A DNA stretch of 64,000 nt from contig OX597817.1 in assembly GCA_951406725.2 (NCBI GenBank), positions 8,680,001-8,744,000 of the forward strand. Direction: 5' to 3'. The notes beneath the pieces were generated by a model. The model was given only the letters and a program-made list of their open reading frames with translations. It had not been told where the DNA came from and made no database searches. Numbering within the stretch: the stretch's first letter is position 1; each line of letters opens with the position of its first letter. The position numbers and the translations under genes were made by a program. This document shows, one piece after another, positions 57,227-64,000 of the stretch. Source of the DNA: Octopus vulgaris (Eukaryota).

Positions 57227-57264
57227 TCTTTCTGTTGAAGAGCGTAGGCTCGAAACGTTAAAGA
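57227..57264 (+). ncRNA. Very small (38-nt) hammerhead-like motif (A6U variant)
   Basis: UCUUU-CUGUUGA-a-GAGC guag GCUC-GAA-ACGU-U-AAAGA. Confidence 0.6.
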
Positions 57265-58025
57265 CTTGTTTTATTTATATTCCTGAGCGCCATACTAATA
57301 TAATTGTTTGTTTGTACTCCACCTGCCTTCGTCTTTTGTTTATTTTCATAAAGCTTCCCGTTATGTATGTATGTATGTATGAGTTGTGTGGACGCCCACA
57401 GGCGATAGAGTAGGCAAGCCCAATACGTAGATAAAGAGGGAGAAGTCTAGACGTCAGAGTTGAGTAGAGGTCATCCGAACGTGCGATATAACTGTGTCGA
57501 CGAGGATTTCGTAGCTCACACAACCACTGTGTAGTATTGCGATATAACAGTATGTATGTATGTATGTGTGTATGTATGTATGTATGTATGCATGTATGAA
57601 TGAATGAATATACAGATGTATGCATGCATGTGTGTGTGTGTGTATCAATCACTTCCGGAGAATCGGATTAATATCATAATCGCATTATGTATCAGAGTGG
57701 ATGGATTGATGAATAAGTGGGAAAAATCAATTATATTCAATTATAGAACGAATTGTTGCGTCGCTGTTGAATGAAGCAAGTGTTCGGCTGCATATCATTG
57801 ATCTTTCCCTTTCCTGATTTGTTGTTGTTGCGATTGTTGTTGTTACTGGTGTTGTTGTCCTCATCGTCATCATTGCCTTCTTCTTCTTCTTCTTCTTCTT
57901 CTTCTTCTTCTTCTTCTTCTTCTTCTTCTTCTTCTTCTTCTTCTTCTTCTTCTTCTTCTTCTTCTTCTTCTTCTTCTTCTTCTTCTTCTTCTTCTTCTTC
58001 TTCTTCTTCTTCTTCAAAATGTATG

Positions 58026-58190
58026 AAACAACTTTACATTAATATGATGTGTTAAGCTATACTTAAATGTATTGCAAGTGACTTCGAAGCTTCGGCCAGC
58101 TAAAACATCGCCCGACTGTATATCTATCTATCTATATATTTATAAATATGTGTGTGCGTATGTATGTACGTGTATGTCTATCTATCTATC
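58026..58190 (+). repeat. ~165-bp local duplication, copy 1 (copy 2 at 61156-61320)
   Basis: TTGCAAGTGACTTCGAAGCTTCGGCCAGCTAAAACATCGCCCGACTG identical in both. Confidence 0.9.
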
Positions 58191-58306
58191 GATTGCCTTT
58201 CATCCTTTCGGGGTTGATAAATTCAGTACCAGAGAAACACTGGGGTCGACATAATCGACTAGTCCTCTCGCGACAAATTTCAGGCCTTGTACCTTTTGTA
58301 TAAAGG

Positions 58307-58377
<71 letters not shown>

Positions 58378-58409
58378 TGTTGTTGTTATTATTATTATTA
58401 TTATTATTA

Positions 58410-58933
58410 ATTGCTTTTGCACAGCTTCTAACGCTGGAGATGTACTATAGTGTCAGCTGTTCACTACCAGTGAACAACTAAGGTAACGCCTCTCATTTTT
58501 CGAGCACCTTTCAGAGTATTCGAGCGGTTCCAAGCAGTGCTGTTTTCTGCAAGTGCTCCGCCCTTATTGCAGCCCTTATTTGTTCCACGTACTTCTCGAG
58601 ATTTTTGCTCATTGATCCCAGGGTTCCGACAATTATTGCTACTATTGCTACCATTTTCATCGACCACAACTGCTTAACTCACCAAGCTAACCTGTCATAT
58701 CTCTCGACTTTCCTTTCTTCCTTATCGCATACCTTGTTGTCAGCTGGGCATGCTATATCTATAATCCAGTATAGTTTGTTTTCTTTCTCAATTAAGATAT
58801 GTCCAGCTTCCTATTCTCTATCTCATGGTCGCACTGAATCATAAAATCCCATAAGATCTTTGCATTTGTATTTTCGACGATGCCTTCAGGTTCGTGGTCG
58901 TACCAGTTTTTTACTCTGTCAAGTCCATACTTG
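58410..58933 (-). mobile_element. Second R4/Dong-like family, decayed 3' fragment flanked by (TAA)n
   Basis: WYDHEPEGIVEN..KILWDFMIQCDHEI..IIDIACPAD..LQKTALLGTARIL. Confidence 0.85.
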
Positions 58934-58934
58934 A

Positions 58935-59008
<74 letters not shown>

Positions 59009-59233
59009 ATCATTGTTGCTGTGGCTGCTGCTGTCGTTTTTCTTTTTCGTTATTTTGTGGACTTTTATAAAAAAAGGAATGGCAATGTTGTCATCGCTGG
59101 AATTCGAACTTTACGTTCTAAGATCAAATCCTGGTCTGGTTGAATTTGCCTTTCATACATTTTGGGGTTCATAAAATAGAATAATAAAATACTGGGGTCG
59201 ATGTAATTTTCAAGATTTGAACCATTGCTACAA

Positions 59234-59297
<64 letters not shown>

Positions 59298-59343
59298 TAG
59301 ACATGCATGCATGCAGGTATAGGCATGCAGGTATAGGTGCAAT

Positions 59344-59680
59344 AGGCGCAGGCCCGGCTGTATGGTAAGAAGCTTGCTTCGTTACCTCATTGTTCTGGTT
59401 TCAGTCCCACTGCGGGACACTTCGTGCAAAAGTCTTCTACTATAGCCTCGGGCCGACCAATGCCTTGTGAGTGGATTTGGTAGGTGGAAACTGAAAGAAG
59501 CCCGACGTAATTGCCGGTGTGTTTATATCGCCATTAATTAGCGTTTCGGCAAAAGATCGATAGAATAAGCACCAGGCTTTAAAAAGTACTGGGTTCGATA
59601 CATTCGACTATAAATTCTTGAAGGCAATGCCCTAGCATGGCCGCAGTCTAATGGCTGAAATAAATAAATGATAAAAGAAA
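59344..59680 (+). mobile_element. SINE family A variant lacking the internal microsatellite, diverged
   Basis: Head and tail recognisable. Confidence 0.75.
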
Positions 59681-59759
59681 TAAAATTGCCCAGCGATATA
59701 GACAAAAACACTCAGAGGCCAACGTGTATATGTAATGCGTTAAATATGAAACCATACGC

Positions 59760-60108
59760 GCGGTTGATCCGACCAACGGAAGAGCCTGCTCGTGAAATTA
59801 ACGTGTAAGTGGCTGAGCACTCCACAGACACGTGTACCCTTAACGTAGTTCTCGAGGATATTCAGCGTGACACAGAGAGTGACAAGGCCGGCCCCTTGAA
59901 ATACAGGAACAACAGAAACAGGAAGTAAGAGTGAGAGAAAGTTGTGGTGAAAGAGTACAGCAGGGATCACCACCATCCCCTGCCGGAGCGTCGTGGAGCT
60001 TTAGGTGTTTTCGCTCAATAAACACTCACAACGCCTGGTCTGGGAATCGAAACCGCGATCCTATGACCGCGTGTCCGCTGCCCTAACCACTGGGCCATTG
60101 CGCCTCCA
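59760..60108 (-). mobile_element. SINE family C
   Basis: Close homolog of 15241-15624. Confidence 0.9.
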
Positions 60109-60163
60109 CACGCGCTTCTGTTAGTATGTGTACGTATGCAAAAGTACATATACATATACATAC

Positions 60164-60214
<51 letters not shown>

Positions 60215-60661
60215 ATAATATATATGTATGTATCTTGTTCGTTGCACATACACTGGTACATTTTCAAGGTCATGAGAAATACGCACAAATATCCTTTCAT
60301 CCATGTATACGAACGCACGCATGCGCATACGATCCACCCACGCCTAAACGGACGCCCACGCTTAATAAACACATGCACATCCTCCTCAAGCGAACTCACT
60401 TTGTTCGCAGATATCCGTTGTAAACAGTTGTGTCTGCAAATATATGTACTTACGTAAAGTAAAATGCATACATGCTTACACACGCAGGCGCAGATATGCA
60501 CACGTTGATGCAGTTGGAAGAGCTGCTAGATATACATTCATATATATATATATATATATATATTGACATACATACATATATAGAATTATGTATTTATGTA
60601 TAGTTATTCATACATACATATTTTTACAAACACATATATATAATATATAATATATGATATA

Positions 60662-60706
<45 letters not shown>

Positions 60707-60709
<3 letters not shown>

Positions 60710-61085
60710 TTTTTACTCTTTTACATGTTTCAGTCATTTGACTGCGGCCATGCTGGAGCACCGCCTTTAGTCGAGCAAATCGACCCCGGGACTTATTCTT
60801 TGCAAGCCCAGTACTTATTCTATCGGTCTTTTTTGCCGAACCGCTAAGTGACGGGGACGTAAACACACCAGCATCGGTTGTCAAGTAATGCTAGGGGGAC
60901 AAACACAGACACACAAACACATACACACACATACATACATATATATATATACATATATACGACAGGCTTCTTTCAGTTTCCGTCTACCAAATCCACTCAC
61001 AAGGCTTTGGTCGGCCCGGGGCTATAGCAGAAGACACTTGCCCAAGATGCCACGCAGTGGGACTGAACCCGGAACCATGTGGTTG
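60707..61085 (-). mobile_element. SINE family A, 5'-clipped
   Basis: Consensus match. Confidence 0.88.
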
Positions 61086-61304
61086 GATATATATATATCA
61101 GTGTGTGTGTGAGTGTATATATATTAATGCTTGTTTTTATATTCAGTTATAATATAAACAACTTTACATTAATATGATGTGTTAAGCTATACATATGTGT
61201 TGCAAGTGACTTCGAAGCTTCGGCCAGCTAAAACATCGCCCGACTGTATATATATCTATCTATATATTTATAAATATGTGTGTGCGTATGTATGTACGTG
61301 TATG

Positions 61305-61404
<100 letters not shown>

Positions 61405-62078
61405 GCTATCTATCTATCTATCTATTTATCTATCTATCTTTTCATCTATCTATACATATACACACATCTTAACCAAATCTTGTCCTGTGGAATTATTTTT
61501 GGATTTTATTAATTTGTCTTAATCCGAGCACTAATCCGCTGTTCATCTATTATACGTGTATACTAGCGATTTCTCTCACACTGAATCCATCCATCCATCC
61601 ATCCATCCATCCATCCATCCATCCATCCATCCATCCATCTATTCATCCATCCATCCATCTATTCATCCATCCATCCATCCATCCATCCATCCATTCAATC
61701 TTTACATACCTATACATATATACATGTAAGCGAGAATATATATGTATCTATGTATGTATATACGTATGTATGTGTGTGTATATGTATGCATGTATGTATA
61801 TGTGTGTGCGTGCATTTGTGTGCATGTGTGCGTCCACGCGTGTGTGTCAGTGTACCTATACACGTACGCGCATAGGAAGTTCTTTACCACCAAAGCAGAT
61901 AAAATTAAAATGATCTATGGTATGAGACGTTCCAACCTTGGCCACCTACATATTTAATGAGATCCAATTCTAAGGACAGCAGTTTGTAATTTCAGTGAAA
62001 TTTGGCTGTGCTTTCGAGGCAATCGAACAACAATCTCGGTATTTCATATATCTGTGTACATCTGTATGCATGTATGTG

Positions 62079-62128
<50 letters not shown>

Positions 62129-62130
<2 letters not shown>

Positions 62131-62335
62131 GGCGGCGGAGCTGGCAGAAACGTTAGCACGCCGGGCGAAATGCGTAGCCGTATTTCGTCTGCCGTTACGT
62201 TCTGAGTTCAAATTCCGCCGAGGTCAACTTTGCCGTTCATCCTTTCGGGGTCGATAAATAAAGATGTAATCGAATTAATCTCTTTGTCTGTCCTTGTTTG
62301 TCCCCTCTATGTTTAGCCCCTTGTGGGCAGTAAAG

Positions 62336-62340
<5 letters not shown>
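62129..62340 (+). mobile_element. SINE family B monomer
   Basis: Consensus match. Confidence 0.88.
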
Positions 62341-62370
<30 letters not shown>

Positions 62371-63084
62371 CATACATAACTATTCCTCCTCTCTCTCTAT
62401 ATACATATGTATGTATATAAACGTGCACATACATTATACATACATTTAAGCATGAGTATGCAAATACTTACATTCATATACACGTGCATACATACATACG
62501 CGTGCACGCGCTCAGGCACGCTAGTTCGGTCGTACAAGATTTATCCCTTAGTTACAAAACAAACAACTAGAAAAGAAAATACATTTTATAAGAAACGGAG
62601 AGCAACATTAGTGGCAGGAAGAGGGGAATGCGAAAGCAGCAGATCGACCTGTTATCGATCCGATTACGTAGCCCTTTCATAGACATCCTCCAACATTAAT
62701 GATGACTAAACAGATTTGTTTCTTTTACGTTCCTTCCAAGAAAAACCAAACAATCGTTGCTGCTGTTGCTGCTGTTGCTGCTGCTGCACCTACTACTCCA
62801 CCTGCTGCTGCTGCTGTAGTCACTTACTACACTTATTACTGCTGTCACTGCTACCTCTTCTTCCTGCTGTATCAAATCACTCTTACTCTTCTCCTGGCCA
62901 CTGGATAAACCCTAGCGCTGTTTACGTCGCTTATTACTGACGTTCTCAGTCACCCCCGTTTCATGTCGACGGTTGCAATTTCCCAGTAGACACTGCGAAA
63001 ACAGGTGTCATTATATAGACTAAACTGTCGCCATTTTAACATCACAGTTCAATGTTATATATGATATATATGATATATATATAT

Positions 63085-63117
<33 letters not shown>

Positions 63118-63164
63118 CATATATATAATGATAAATCTCAGAGCGAGTTATATATATATATATA

Positions 63165-63224
<60 letters not shown>

Positions 63225-63327
63225 GATTCAAAAGTAACTCTCCTTATGTTAAAATATAAATTAGTCTTCGTTTTTTGTGAATTTGTGAATTCTCCCTATA
63301 ATAATAATAAGATAATAATAATAATAA

Positions 63328-63398
<71 letters not shown>

Positions 63399-63759
63399 TA
63401 ATAAAATGAAAATGGTGAGTTTAAACGGACACGTTAATTTACTAGAATAATATATTAATTTGTAACATTTATATATATATGAACGTATCTACGTGTGTGT
63501 ATCTATGTTTGTCCTCCAGCCACTGCTTGAGAACCGATGTTGGTGTGTTTACATCCCCGTAAAACTGTGCCTTCCATCCTGCTTGGCTTGACAAAATAAA
63601 GTACCAGTCAAGTACTGAGACTGATGATATCAAGTAACACTCTCCCCTCAAATTCGCTGGTCTCGTGGCTAAATCAAATACAATTATGATTAGGGCAAAG
63701 GCAGTGTTTTGGTGGAATCGTTTGGCTGCCGGTTAAAATATCTTTTAACACATCTTTCG

Positions 63760-63970
63760 GCAAGCTGGTAGAATAGTTAGCATGCCAGATAAAAAGCTTA
63801 GTGGCATTTCGTCCTTCTTCACGTTCTCTATTCAAATTCCACCGAGATAGACTTTGTCTTTCATCTTTTCAGAGTCTATAAACAAATACCATTAGAGTAC
63901 TGGGGTCGATATGATTGACTTACTCCCTCCCCCGAAATTTCTGGCCTTGTGCCAATATTTGAAATCAGTA
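63760..63970 (+). mobile_element. SINE family B monomer, diverged
   Basis: Consensus match. Confidence 0.7.
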
Positions 63971-64000
63971 TAAGTTCCAACTCTTTACGCTCTAATTTCA

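Overview
AT-rich, microsatellite-saturated eukaryotic non-coding DNA (intergenic or deep intronic). The SINE repertoire looks octopod (inference from family recognition, no database search). I found no host protein-coding gene; nearly all ORF-track entries are translations of simple repeats or SINEs. Contents: about 40 copies of four tRNA-derived SINE groups, some multimerised or mosaic; a decayed near-full-length hAT transposon with TIRs/TSD; a Charlie-type MITE; mariner/Tc1 remnants; a Helentron-type non-autonomous element; CR1 and other LINE remnants; R4/Dong-like RLE retrotransposons embedded in (TAA)n; Tx1/L1-like retrotransposons whose 3' ends all join (TATC)n. The most notable signal is a set of about 8 unrelated short elements, often in or beside (TA)n and often in inverted (foldback) pairs. 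Each folds by eye into a minimal hammerhead ribozyme, many with non-canonical cores (including a compensatory G3-C8 swap), consistent with Penelope-like pLTRs/retrozymes. Different retroelement classes appear to partition different microsatellite types as insertion niches.
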